64,000 bases of DNA, taken from Flavobacteriales bacterium UBA3364. Its GTDB lineage: Bacteria; Bacteroidota; Bacteroidia; Flavobacteriales_F; PHOS-HE28. Positions 29,066 through 38,370 of this stretch are shown here, one piece after another. A program made the translations under genes and the position numbers. The notes under the pieces were generated by a model. The model saw only the letters and a list, made by a program, of their open reading frames with translations, ran no database searches and was not told the DNA's origin. The DNA lies in contig DEQO01000077.1 of NCBI GenBank assembly GCA_002360495.1, forward strand, positions 11,572 to 75,571, in the 5' to 3' direction. Every line of letters starts with the position of its first letter. The stretch's first letter is position 1.

Positions 29066-30238
29066 TCAGGCGTGGGTGTTACCGGTGACACGTTCCGTGA
29101 CCTTCGCAAGCGCTTGCTCCAGGTCACCGATCAGATCATCGGGATGTTCGAGCCCGATGCTCAACCGGATCAAGCTGTCCTGGATCCCTGCCGCGATCCG
29201 TGCTTCGCGTGGCACCGAGGCGTGTGTCATCCTGCACGGCACACATACCAGGCTCTTCACTCCGCCCAGACTTTCCGCGAGCGTGATCAGCTGCGTGTGC
29301 CCCACCAGGTCGACCGCCGTTCCTTCCCGATCGTCCTTCAGCCAGAAACTGATCACTCCTCCGAACGCGGAGCACTGCGAACGCGCCACGAGGTGGTTCT
29401 TGTGCGAGCGCAGACCCGGGTAGTTCACCCCGGCAACCTCGGGATGTGTCGATAGCCACTCCGCGATCCGCTGTGCGCTCCGGGAGATCCGCTCGTAACG
29501 CAAATGCAGCGTCTGTGTGCCACGGATCGCCAGCCAGCTGTCCTGCGGACCGAGTACCGCCCCCGTCGCATTCTGGACGTACTTGATGCGTTCACCGAGC
29601 GCCTCGTCCTTCACTACCACGGCTCCGCCGATCACATCGCTGTGTCCCGCGATGTACTTCGTTATGCTGTGCAGGACGATGTCGGCACCGAGTTCCAGCG
29701 GCTGCTGGGCGACGGGAGAACAGAAGGTATTGTCCACGAGCAGCAGGGCATTCGATGCTTTACAGATGGAGGCGATGGCGCGGATGTCGCTGACCTTGAG
29801 CGTCGGGTTCGTCGGCGTCTCCAGCCACACGAGCTTCGTGCGCGGCGTGATCGCTTCGAGCACGTTGCCGGGATCGCTCGTGTCCACATGCTTCACCTTA
29901 AAGCCGAACCTGTTGTAGATGGTGTGCAGCGCGCGATAAGTGCCGCCGTAGATATCGTCCACGGCCACGATCTCGTCGCCGGCGCTCAGCAGCTTCAACA
30001 CGGCGTCCACTGCGGCGAGTCCACTGCTGAAAGCGACACCGCGAGTTCCACTCTCCATCGACGCAAGCAGTTCCTCGAAAGCCCGGCGTGTGGGGTTATT
30101 CGTACGTGAGTAGTCGTAACCCTTGTTGATGCCCGGGGCCTCCTGTTCGAAGGTGCTCGTCTGGTGGATCGGTACGCATACCGCGCCGGTCGATGGGTCG
30201 TGGGGAAGTGTGTGCAGTGCTTTCGTTTCTGGTCGCAT
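29066..30238 (-). CDS. Cys/Met-metabolism PLP-dependent enzyme (cystathionine gamma-synthase / beta-lyase family)
   Basis: 390 aa starting MRPETKALHTLPHD (ATG at 30238) within ORF 29066..30529. It has the YSRTNNPT motif and the HSITKYIAGHSD PLP-lysine motif. Confidence 0.9.
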   Translation of the reverse strand: MRPETKALHTLPHDPSTGAVCVPIHQTSTFEQEAPGINKGYDYSRTNNPTRRAFEELLASMESGTRGVAFSSGLAAVDAVLKLLSAGDEIVAVDDIYGGTYRALHTIYNRFGFKVKHVDTSDPGNVLEAITPRTKLVWLETPTNPTLKVSDIRAIASICKASNALLLVDNTFCSPVAQQPLELGADIVLHSITKYIAGHSDVIGGAVVVKDEALGERIKYVQNATGAVLGPQDSWLAIRGTQTLHLRYERISRSAQRIAEWLSTHPEVAGVNYPGLRSHKNHLVARSQCSAFGGVISFWLKDDREGTAVDLVGHTQLITLAESLGGVKSLVCVPCRMTHASVPREARIAAGIQDSLIRLSIGLEHPDDLIGDLEQALAKVTERVTGNTHA

Positions 30239-30285
30239 GACTTTTCCGGTATTGGTTGGTTTCGTGGTTGAACACGCACCCATCC

Positions 30286-30370
30286 GGAAAAACGACCCGG
30301 AACGGACCAGCGCAAAATGCGAACGGTCCCCCCCGGACAAGCCGAAAGAGACCGCGAGGTCCGGTTCCGT
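30286..30370 (-). terminator. Expression platform (candidate terminator) of the SAM-I riboswitch
   Basis: On the minus strand, ACGGAACCGGACC (30370-30358) can pair with GGUCCGUUCCGG (30308-30297) with one bulge. A U5 tract follows (plus-strand aaaaa at 30288-30292). The site is 50 nt upstream of the ATG. Confidence 0.45.
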
Positions 30371-30475
30371 CTTATCTATCCCCGTCGTTCGACGGAGCAG
30401 GATTTGGCACCATTGCTCCCGTGAGCTGGTTGCCAAGGTTTCATAGGGCCTGGACCCTCCACCTTTCTGGATAAG
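30371..30475 (-). promoter_or_regulatory. SAM-I (S-box) riboswitch aptamer
   Basis: The minus strand reads CUUAUCCAGAAAGGUGGAGGGUCCAGGCCCUAUGAAACCUUGGCAACCAGCUCACGGGAGCAAUGGUGCCAAAUCCUGCUCCGUCGAACGACGGGGAUAGAUAAG. P1 is CUUAUC/GAUAAG. The conserved blocks GGUGGAGGG, GGCCC-AUGAA, GGCAACC and GGUGCCAAAUCC are all present, upstream of a methionine-biosynthesis operon. Confidence 0.92.
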
Positions 30476-30496
30476 TGCGAATGAAAGAACGAGGCG

Positions 30497-30530
30497 CAAA
30501 GGTAAAGGACGCGCCGACCACATTTCCAAA
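30497..30530 (-). promoter_or_regulatory. Bacteroidota-type promoter driving the riboswitch and met operon
   Basis: On the minus strand, TTTG (30530-30527) is followed after 22 nt by an exact TACCTTTG (30504-30497). This lies about 20 nt upstream of riboswitch P1. Confidence 0.5.
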
Positions 30531-30579
30531 CGTGCCGACCGATCCCTTCTGAGATCCTTAATCGGCGGGCTGTTCAGCC

Positions 30580-31050
30580 CTATAGCAGCGCGACGAGCTC
30601 ATCCGCTTCGAGACTCCCGTTGACCCACTCGCGCGAGTAGTGCGCGGCGAAACGATCATAGAAACGGATGGCGTCAACGTTCCAATCAAGCACCTGCCAG
30701 AGCATGCCGCTGTAGTTCATCTCCACTGCGTAGGCCGCGCATTGCCTGAACAGCTTCTCACCGATACGCTGTCCACGCGCAGACCCGGTAACGATGATGT
30801 CCTCCAAGTAGAGCCTTCGACCCTTCCACGTCGAATAGCGTTCGTAGCAGACCGCCATCCCCAGGATCGCCCCGTCGACTTCAGCCACCCAGCCCACCCA
30901 AACGGGATCTTTCCCGAAGCCTGCGTCGTGCATGTGCTGCTCGGTCACGGTCACTTCGTCCGGTGCGCGTTCAAAGATCGCCAGCTCCTTCACCAGCGCC
31001 AGCATTTGTGGCACATCGCGCGTTTCTGCCTTGCGGATCACAACGTTCAT
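30580..31050 (-). CDS. GNAT-family N-acetyltransferase
   Basis: 156 aa starting [16 protein letters not shown]. It has the [10 protein letters not shown] acetyl-CoA-binding motif. Confidence 0.85.
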   Translation of the reverse strand: MNVVIRKAETRDVPQMLALVKELAIFERAPDEVTVTEQHMHDAGFGKDPVWVGWVAEVDGAILGMAVCYERYSTWKGRRLYLEDIIVTGSARGQRIGEKLFRQCAAYAVEMNYSGMLWQVLDWNVDAIRFYDRFAAHYSREWVNGSLEADELVALL

Positions 31051-31155
31051 GCGTGCAAAGAAAGGTCGCCCCATTGGGTCGACGCCAAGCCACCTTCGCA
31101 TATTTGCACTGCCATCAGCTCATCCGCTGATCAGCATATCAGCCAATCGACCTCC

Positions 31156-32118
31156 ATGGCCGACATCAAGACCCTTTCCGAATTCATCGTTGAGCGCCAG
31201 GCCGATTTCCCCGGTGCTTCCGGCGACCTTAGCCAACTCCTCACCGCCTTCCGCCTCGCCGCCAAGATCGTGAGCCGCGAAGCCAACAAGGCCGGACTGA
31301 TGGCCGACATCCTCGGCGCCCAAGGCACGGAGAACGTGCAAGGGGAACAACAGCAGAAGCTGGATGTCTACGCCAACGACCTCTTCATCCGCATGATGCG
31401 CACGCAGGGCGCGGTGTGTGCAGTAGCCAGCGAGGAGAACGACGATATCGTCCACTTCGACAACGGCGGCAAGTACGTTGTGACGATGGATCCGCTCGAT
31501 GGCTCCAGCAACATCGATGTCAATGTCAGCATCGGCACCATCTTCAGCATCTACAAGCGCATCAGCACGGGCGCAAAGGCCACCTTGGAGGATTTCCTGC
31601 AACCCGGTTCGGAGCAGGTGGCGGCCGGTTATATCGTCTACGGCAGCAGTACGATGCTCGTGTACACGACCGGCCATGGCGTCAACGGATTCACCCTGGA
31701 CCCCAGCATCGGCACCTTCTGCTTGAGCCACCCCGGTATGACGACACCTCCCGAAGGCAAGATCTACTCGATCAACGAAGGCAATTTCTACGACTTCAGC
31801 GATGGCGTGCGCAACTACATCGATGATTGCAAGAAGCAGAAAATGAGCGCGCGTTATATCGGCAGTCTCGTGGCCGATTTCCACCGCAACCTGCTCAAGG
31901 GCGGGGTCTACCTGTATCCCGGTACGGCCAAGTCACCGAACGGTAAATTGCGCCTGCTGTACGAGGCCAATCCGCTCGCCATGATAGCTGAGCAGGCGGG
32001 CGGCAGCGCCACCAACGGCAGCATGCGGATCATGGACATGAAACCGACGGAATTGCACCAGCGCTGTCCGTTGTTCATCGGCAGCAAGGCCATGGTGGAG
32101 AAGGCAATGAAGGCCTGA
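31156..32118 (+). CDS. fbp: Fructose-1,6-bisphosphatase class 1
   Basis: 320 aa starting [15 protein letters not shown] (ATG at 31156). It contains the [21 protein letters not shown] motif. Confidence 0.95.
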   Translation: MADIKTLSEFIVERQADFPGASGDLSQLLTAFRLAAKIVSREANKAGLMADILGAQGTENVQGEQQQKLDVYANDLFIRMMRTQGAVCAVASEENDDIVHFDNGGKYVVTMDPLDGSSNIDVNVSIGTIFSIYKRISTGAKATLEDFLQPGSEQVAAGYIVYGSSTMLVYTTGHGVNGFTLDPSIGTFCLSHPGMTTPPEGKIYSINEGNFYDFSDGVRNYIDDCKKQKMSARYIGSLVADFHRNLLKGGVYLYPGTAKSPNGKLRLLYEANPLAMIAEQAGGSATNGSMRIMDMKPTELHQRCPLFIGSKAMVEKAMKA

Positions 32119-32136
32119 AGAAGCACGGGGCCGAGA

Positions 32137-32568
32137 CTACTCCACCAACAACGTCGCCAACAAGGCCCGGACCCGCAAGTGTTCCGTCCAGGTGGAGATC
32201 CTGTATTCCGTACGGGCCGTGAAGTTGATCACACGATCCAGGTCACCTGTCACCCCGAAGGCGACCGGCCGGCCTGCTGAAAAGACGATCGCCAGGTGAG
32301 TGAGATCGGCCAACGGCGCATAAGTATGCCGACTGGGCTTGTAGTCCGAAAGCGCCTCGCGGACGGTACCGATATCCTTCCCACGGACCGTCCGATGCGG
32401 GGCATCCTCCTTGTGCAGCCGCCAAGCCAAGGCATTGGCACTTGCCGAAGTGTAGGCCGCTGGAGGGATCTTCTTGAATACGTGGACACTGTCGATGCGC
32501 TGGGCAGCAGCCATGGCGGACATGGCCGCGAACAGGCCTAGAAGCAGCGCCCTGAGCATTGGGACCAT
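32137..32568 (-). CDS. Hypothetical small secreted protein
   Basis: 143 aa starting MVPMLRALLLGLFAAMSAMAAAQ (signal peptide) within ORF 32137..32838. I recognised no family. Confidence 0.5.
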   Translation of the reverse strand: MVPMLRALLLGLFAAMSAMAAAQRIDSVHVFKKIPPAAYTSASANALAWRLHKEDAPHRTVRGKDIGTVREALSDYKPSRHTYAPLADLTHLAIVFSAGRPVAFGVTGDLDRVINFTARTEYRISTWTEHLRVRALLATLLVE

Positions 32569-32725
32569 GGCGTGCGAAGTTACCAAGGCGAATACGCCGT
32601 TCCGCTCGTGCCACGTTCCGATGGTCAAAAGACATGGACCGGTCCCGGGGTACCGTTTGTGATTAGCTCGGTTCTGTGCAACTTCGCCCCATCTGCGCAT
32701 CAGCGCATGAAAGACCCGACCCAAC

Positions 32726-33109
32726 ATGAAACGCACCATCCGCGCCGCAGACGACAACTCCACCGGCACACCATATACACCCGCGGTGGAAGCCGGTGGG
32801 TTCGTGTTCATCAGTGGCCAGATCGCCCAGGTGTTCAATACCCGTCAACTTCGGAACGCCAACATCACCGAGGAGATCCAACAGGCGATGGAGAACATGG
32901 GTGCCGTGCTGAAAGGCGCGGGCCTGGGATTCGAGCATCTGGTGAAATGCACCATCTACATCTCCAACCTGCAATACTACGCGGAGGTGAGCCGCGTGTA
33001 CCAGACCTTCTTCACCGAAGGCGATCCCCCAGCACGTGAGACCATGGGGGTGAAGGAATTGCCCCGCGGCGTGAACGTGATGATCAGCGGTATCGCTTTC
33101 AAGGGCTGA
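32726..33109 (+). CDS. RidA/YjgF-family reactive-intermediate deaminase
   Basis: 127 aa. It reads PYTPAVEAGGFVFISGQI ... ARETMGVKELPRGVNVMI, typical of YjgF/RidA. Confidence 0.9.
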   Translation: MKRTIRAADDNSTGTPYTPAVEAGGFVFISGQIAQVFNTRQLRNANITEEIQQAMENMGAVLKGAGLGFEHLVKCTIYISNLQYYAEVSRVYQTFFTEGDPPARETMGVKELPRGVNVMISGIAFKG

Positions 33110-33132
33110 TCCGCACTTCCGTCCTTCCTGTC

Positions 33133-33681
33133 GTGGGCAAGGTCACCACCTATCTGCTGCTCTTCCGGGGTGTGGGCGGTGCCACGCAGTTGCCCGTCGT
33201 GCCGCTCCGTGCAGCGCTTACAAAGGCCGGCTTCAAGAACGCGACCACCTACATCAACAGCGGGAATGCCTTGGTACGCAGTGCTCTTTCTCGCGAAGAG
33301 ACCATTGCCAGTGTGGCGGCCCTCTGCAAGAAGAAGTTCGGTTTCGACAAGGCCATCTTCGCTCCTACCTCCGCCGAATGGCAAGCCGTGATCAAGAACA
33401 ACCCCTTCCCCGAAGCACTGGACAACCCGAAATGGCTTCACGCCGCCCTGCTGGCCGGAAAACCTACGGCAGCAGCGATCGATGGGCTGCTGGCAATTGC
33501 CGCGGATGGTGAACAACTAAGGGTGGTGAAGGGTGTGGCCTATATCCACACACCGAACGGTTTCGGCACCTCCAAGATGGCCGCGAAGTTCGACAAGGGC
33601 ATCGGCGTGGTGAACACCGCACGCAACTGGAACACGGTGTTGAAGATGCACGAACTCGCGCTGGGGATCGAAGCGAAGTAG
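33133..33681 (+). CDS. DUF1697-family protein
   Basis: 182 aa with a GTG start. YLLLFRGVGGATQLPVVPLRAAL ... YINSGNAL is characteristic of DUF1697. Confidence 0.75.
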   Translation: MGKVTTYLLLFRGVGGATQLPVVPLRAALTKAGFKNATTYINSGNALVRSALSREETIASVAALCKKKFGFDKAIFAPTSAEWQAVIKNNPFPEALDNPKWLHAALLAGKPTAAAIDGLLAIAADGEQLRVVKGVAYIHTPNGFGTSKMAAKFDKGIGVVNTARNWNTVLKMHELALGIEAK

Positions 33682-33712
33682 ACGACCATTCACCAGTACT
33701 TTTGCCCCCGTT

Positions 33713-33756
33713 CCCGAAACCGATCCGCCGCTTGGCGGACCGGTTTCGGGCTTTTC
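33713..33756 (+). terminator. Strong hairpin plus T-tract between the DUF1697 gene and mfd
   Basis: cccgaaaccgatccgcc (loop gctt) ggcggaccggtttcggg gives 16 paired positions with one mismatch, followed by cttttc. It ends 8 nt before the mfd ATG. Confidence 0.6.
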
Positions 33757-33763
33757 AGCGTCC

Positions 33764-36700
33764 ATGTCCATCGCCTCCCTCTCCGACCTCCTCTCCCTCT
33801 ACCGCTCTGATGCACGCTTAGCGCGCGTGGCCGAGGGCTTACGCGAGAAAGCCGCCCGCGTACAGATCGCCGGTACCATCGGCTCTTCGCAAGCACTCAT
33901 CGCCAGTTCTGTGATCGTGCAGCGCGGCGGCGTGCATGTGTTCGTGCTCACCGACCGCGAGGAGGCCGCCTACTTCTTGAACGACCTCGAAGCGCTTCGC
34001 GGGAAAGACAAGGAGAGTCGCAAGGCAAAGGACGAGGACACCTTCTTCTTCCCCGCTCCTTCCCGTTCGCCCTACGACCCCGAAGGCCATCATGACGGGG
34101 AGCGTGTGAGCCGCACGGAAGTGCTGGAGGCCCTGATGAAGGTGAAGGATGGCAGTGAGGAAGCGCTTCGACAAGCTCAGCGAGACAGTGCTTTGATCAT
34201 CGTCACCTATCCCGAGGCGTTGGTGCCCCTGGTGATGGGCAAGGAGGAGATGGCGAAGAACACGCTCACCGTGAAGCGCCACGAGGAGCTGCCCATCGAC
34301 ACGTTGCAAGAATGGTTGGAGGAAACAGGCTTCAGTCGCGTGGAGTTCGTGTACGAGCCCGGGCAGTTCAGCATACGCGGCGGCATCGTGGACGTCTTCA
34401 GCTACGGCAGTGACAAGCCCTACCGCATCGAGCTCTACGGCGACAATGTGGAGAGCGTGCGCCGCTTCGACCCGCAGGACCAATTGACCGTGGAGTTCCT
34501 CGCCGAGGCGGTCATCGTGCCCGACCTGCAGGACGAGGACACCGCGCGCCAGCAGAACTTCTTCGCACAGCTGCCCGAGGATGCAGTGCTCTGGCTCCGC
34601 GACCTGCAAGCCATCGGCGATGCGGCCACCAAGCAGTTGAAGTTGCTCAACGAGGCGTACGAGAGAGTGCCTGAGAAGGAGAAGCACCCAACGCCGAACG
34701 AGCTGCTCGCCACGGACACAGAGTTGATCAAGAGCACGCTCGGCTTCCACAAGGTCTTCGTCCGCAGCGCCGATCAGGAATCAGCGAATCAGCAATCCTC
34801 AGTGATCGTCGACTTCCAGCACAGGCCGCAACCCACCTTCGCGAAAGAGTTCAAGGTCCTCAGCGGCGACCTGCACAACAAGCAGAACGCGGGCTACACC
34901 AACCTCATCGCCTGCAACAGCGCCAAGCAGAGCGAACGGCTGTACACCATCTTCAACGACATGGAGCATGAGGTGGCCTTCACGCCTCTTGTCCTTGACC
35001 TGCACGAAGGCTTCATCGATCCCGAGCTGAAGCTGGCGCTCTACACCGACCACCAGATCTTCGAGCGTTACCACCGCTACCGCCTGAAGGAGGGCTTCCG
35101 CAAGAACGCGCAGGCGCTTACGCTGAAGGAGCTCACACAGCTGAAGCCCGGCGACCTCGTGGTGCACATCGACCACGGCGTGGGTGTGTTCAGCGGCCTG
35201 GAGACCATCGACGCGGGCGGCAGCATGCAGGAGGCGATCCGCCTGAAGTACCGTGACAACGACATCCTCTACGTGGGCATCCACAGCCTGCACCGCGTGA
35301 GCAAGTACAGCGGCGGCGAGGGCGACAAGGCCCCGCAGGTGAGCAAGCTCGGCACACCCGCGTGGAAGAACCTGAAGGAGAAGACCAAGGCCAAGGTGAA
35401 GGCGCTGGCCTTCGACCTCATCAAGCTCTACGCGCAACGCAAGAGCAAGCCAGGCTTCGCGTACCAGCCCGACAACTACCTGCAGCACGAACTGGAGGCC
35501 AGCTTCATCTACGAGGACACGCCCGACCAGCTCAAGGCCACGCAGGACGTGAAGCGCGACATGGAGAAGGGCACGCCCATGGACCGCCTGGTGTGCGGCG
35601 ACGTGGGCTTCGGCAAGACCGAGGTGGCGATCCGCGCGGCGTTCAAGGCGGCATGCGACAGCAAGCAGGTCGCGGTGCTCGTGCCCACCACCATCCTCGC
35701 GCTGCAGCACTGGAAGAGCTTTTCCAACCGCATGAAGGGGCTGCCCGTTCGCGTCGAATACATCAACCGCTTCCGCAGCAGCGCGCAGCAGACGCAGATC
35801 CTCAAGGACCTCAAGGAAGGCAAGATCGACATCCTCATCGGCACGCACCGGCTGGTGAGCAAGGACGTGGTGTGGAAGGACCTCGGCCTCATGATCATCG
35901 ACGAGGAGCAGAAGTTCGGCGTGAACGTGAAGGACAAGTTGAAGACCCTGCGTGCCTCGGTGGATACCCTGACCCTTACGGCTACACCGATCCCTCGCAC
36001 GCTGCAGTTCAGCCTCATGGGCGCGCGCGACCTCAGCATCATCAGCACACCGCCTCCGAACCGCTATCCGGTAAGCACCATGCTGCAACCGTACGATGAA
36101 GTCGTGATCCGTGGCGCGATCGAATACGAGCTCAGTCGCGGCGGCCAAGTGTATTTCCTGCACGACAAGGTGAAGAACATCGAGCACATCGCCGACATGA
36201 TCCGCAAGCTGGTGCCCGGCTCGCGCGTGGGTGTTGGTCACGGCCAGCTCGAAGGCCACAAGCTGGAAGAAGTGATGATGGACTTCATCGAGGGCAACAC
36301 CGACATTCTCGTCTGCACCACCATCGTGGAGAACGGCCTCGACATCCCGAACGCAAACACGATCATCGTGAACGAGGCGCAGAACTTCGGGCTGAGCGAT
36401 CTGCACCAGCTACGCGGACGCGTGGGTCGCAGCAACAAAAAGGCCTACTGCTATCTGCTTGCGCCAAGTCCGCATCTGCTGCCCGACCTGTCGCGCAAAC
36501 GCCTGCAAGCCATCGAGCAGTTCAGCGACCTGGGCAGCGGCATCCACATCGCCATGAAGGACCTCGACATCCGCGGCGCGGGCGACCTGCTCGGCGCGGA
36601 ACAGAGCGGCTTCATCAACGACATCGGTTTCGAAACCTACCACAAGATCCTCGAAGAAGCCGTACGCGAACTGAAGGACCAGCACTTCAAAGACCTCTTC

Positions 36701-37222
36701 GACGACGCGCAAGAGGGCAGCCACGCACTCGCCCGCGGATCGCGCCGCGACCAGAGCGACGACTGCATCATCGAGACCGACCTCACCATGCTGATCCCCA
36801 ACAGCTACGTGAGCGAGACCGCCGAACGCCTCGCGCTCTACCGCCGCCTAGACGACATCAAGGACGAAGGGGAGCTGCAGAAGTTCAGCGCCGAGGTCAC
36901 CGACCGCTTCGGTCCCATCCCGCCGCTGGTGAATGAACTGCTCGAAGGCATCCGCCTGCGCTGGCTCGGCCAACGCATGGGCCTGGAGAAGATGGTGCTG
37001 AAGAAGCAGACGCTCATCGGCACCTTCATCGCGGATCAGAAACATCCCTTCTTCGAGGGCGATGGCTTCAACGCGGTGCTGAGAGCGGTACAGGCGCAGC
37101 CGCGTCGCTTCAAGGTTTACGAGAAGGCGGGGACCTTGAGGATCAGCGTGCAGGATGTGAAGAACATCGAAGGGGCGAAGGCGGCGATGGAGAGTGTGGT
37201 GGGTACTCCGATAGGGGTCTAG
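33764..37222 (+). CDS. mfd: Transcription-repair coupling factor
   Basis: 1152 aa. It has a UvrB-homology N-terminus, a CarD/RID region, helicase motifs (GDVGFGKTEVA, DEEQKFG, TATPIPRT, QLRGRVGRS) and a TRCF C-terminal domain. Confidence 0.97.
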   Translation: MSIASLSDLLSLYRSDARLARVAEGLREKAARVQIAGTIGSSQALIASSVIVQRGGVHVFVLTDREEAAYFLNDLEALRGKDKESRKAKDEDTFFFPAPSRSPYDPEGHHDGERVSRTEVLEALMKVKDGSEEALRQAQRDSALIIVTYPEALVPLVMGKEEMAKNTLTVKRHEELPIDTLQEWLEETGFSRVEFVYEPGQFSIRGGIVDVFSYGSDKPYRIELYGDNVESVRRFDPQDQLTVEFLAEAVIVPDLQDEDTARQQNFFAQLPEDAVLWLRDLQAIGDAATKQLKLLNEAYERVPEKEKHPTPNELLATDTELIKSTLGFHKVFVRSADQESANQQSSVIVDFQHRPQPTFAKEFKVLSGDLHNKQNAGYTNLIACNSAKQSERLYTIFNDMEHEVAFTPLVLDLHEGFIDPELKLALYTDHQIFERYHRYRLKEGFRKNAQALTLKELTQLKPGDLVVHIDHGVGVFSGLETIDAGGSMQEAIRLKYRDNDILYVGIHSLHRVSKYSGGEGDKAPQVSKLGTPAWKNLKEKTKAKVKALAFDLIKLYAQRKSKPGFAYQPDNYLQHELEASFIYEDTPDQLKATQDVKRDMEKGTPMDRLVCGDVGFGKTEVAIRAAFKAACDSKQVAVLVPTTILALQHWKSFSNRMKGLPVRVEYINRFRSSAQQTQILKDLKEGKIDILIGTHRLVSKDVVWKDLGLMIIDEEQKFGVNVKDKLKTLRASVDTLTLTATPIPRTLQFSLMGARDLSIISTPPPNRYPVSTMLQPYDEVVIRGAIEYELSRGGQVYFLHDKVKNIEHIADMIRKLVPGSRVGVGHGQLEGHKLEEVMMDFIEGNTDILVCTTIVENGLDIPNANTIIVNEAQNFGLSDLHQLRGRVGRSNKKAYCYLLAPSPHLLPDLSRKRLQAIEQFSDLGSGIHIAMKDLDIRGAGDLLGAEQSGFINDIGFETYHKILEEAVRELKDQHFKDLFDDAQEGSHALARGSRRDQSDDCIIETDLTMLIPNSYVSETAERLALYRRLDDIKDEGELQKFSAEVTDRFGPIPPLVNELLEGIRLRWLGQRMGLEKMVLKKQTLIGTFIADQKHPFFEGDGFNAVLRAVQAQPRRFKVYEKAGTLRISVQDVKNIEGAKAAMESVVGTPIGV
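37101..37222 (+). repeat. Direct repeat copy A (the functional 3' end of mfd)
   Basis: It aligns with 38371-38493. By eye roughly nine in ten positions are identical over the first ~95 nt, and the last ~20 nt have diverged. Confidence 0.8.
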
Positions 37223-37330
37223 CCACATCGCCATGCGTAAAGCCAAATCGCTTAAAAAGCCGACAGCGGTGGAGAGGCAAGAAGCTCTATCCATGGGCAG
37301 TCGCTTCTCTCGTACTCACCGTGGTTCAAC

Positions 37331-38215
37331 ATGCTTTCAGCCTTGACGTGTGAGGTAGCTTGCGGTGGGAGCATTCGCCTAGCTTTACAAGAACTTACGG
37401 ATGCGATGCATGCTTCCACCCCCGACAGTGCCGACAACCCCAGGAGCGAACATCCTGATGGAACCTACGATGCGTCGATCATTGCGATAGAGGGAGTCGT
37501 CTCTCCATTCTGTAGAGAGACATCTCTCGATAGCACGGGTAACCTCGCGTTCTACTTGCATGCATGGCGCATTCCGGGAGAGGCGGTCGTTGAACGACGC
37601 TTGATGCTACAGCAGAAGTTCAACGATCCGCGCCGATGGAACGGAGCGTACGAGGCAGGGAGCATACACCGATGGGACGTGCGCCTATCCAAGGATAAGA
37701 AGCGTGCACGGGTGATGGACCTTTCGTCGGCGCCAGCCGATACCCTGGGGCTTTCGCTATTCGCAGACGAACTCAACACCCCGGTGATCGTTCATTCCCC
37801 GTTGTTGGGTGCATTGACCCTTGATCGCCACCTGCATCTCTTCAACGGGACCGCGAACTGGGACGGTCGGGAGGTTGAGGTGGTCCTTGATGCCGCTAGT
37901 GATGGCAAGCACCCTGACGAAAAGGCCCTCGCCTTCGCGGATTCTCTTTGGAGCGCATCCAGCTATTGGTCCCACAAGATCAAGAGCTACATGGTCGACG
38001 ACCTGTTGCCGACCTACAATGAGCATTGGCGTGACGATGAAGAGTCGGAAACGGATCCCACGTCATTCGCAGCACTGTTCTGGTTCAAGGCGATCGAGAT
38101 CCGCGAAAGCGGGTGGGTCACATTCTTCTTTGGCACAGACTCGGGCCTGTTCGGGGATCATGCTCCTGATGTGGAATTAGATCTCGCGGATGGCTCGTTG
38201 AGCGCAACGCTTTGA
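37331..38215 (+). CDS. Hypothetical protein (orphan cargo of the mfd-end insertion)
   Basis: This 294-aa ORF is the only long ORF between the two mfd-end repeats. It is acidic with no signal peptide or TM helix. The true start may be the internal MHASTPD. Confidence 0.6.
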   Translation: MLSALTCEVACGGSIRLALQELTDAMHASTPDSADNPRSEHPDGTYDASIIAIEGVVSPFCRETSLDSTGNLAFYLHAWRIPGEAVVERRLMLQQKFNDPRRWNGAYEAGSIHRWDVRLSKDKKRARVMDLSSAPADTLGLSLFADELNTPVIVHSPLLGALTLDRHLHLFNGTANWDGREVEVVLDAASDGKHPDEKALAFADSLWSASSYWSHKIKSYMVDDLLPTYNEHWRDDEESETDPTSFAALFWFKAIEIRESGWVTFFFGTDSGLFGDHAPDVELDLADGSLSATL

Positions 38216-38370
38216 GGATCGGGCATCAAGCATTTCCGAGCTGCACACCATTCACGAACCGAAGCCATCGATGGCGAGCCTGGCACCCACCTATTCATCG
38301 TTTAGCCGAGGTGCAGACCCTCGCACATAGAGCAGTGAACAAGAATCGCAAGGCGCTCTTGCAAGCGTAA

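Noticed and set aside
34799-36406. A 535-aa minus-strand ORF inside mfd. Similar long antisense or alternative-frame ORFs occur at 1639-2637, 2951-4216, 10557-11552, 11675-12994, 17401-18570, 19307-20533, 28408-29052, 42640-43605 and 60277-61647.
   Set aside because: Each overlaps a gene with an unambiguous conserved product on the other strand or in another frame, and each has the same low-information GC-driven composition. I treated them as shadow ORFs.
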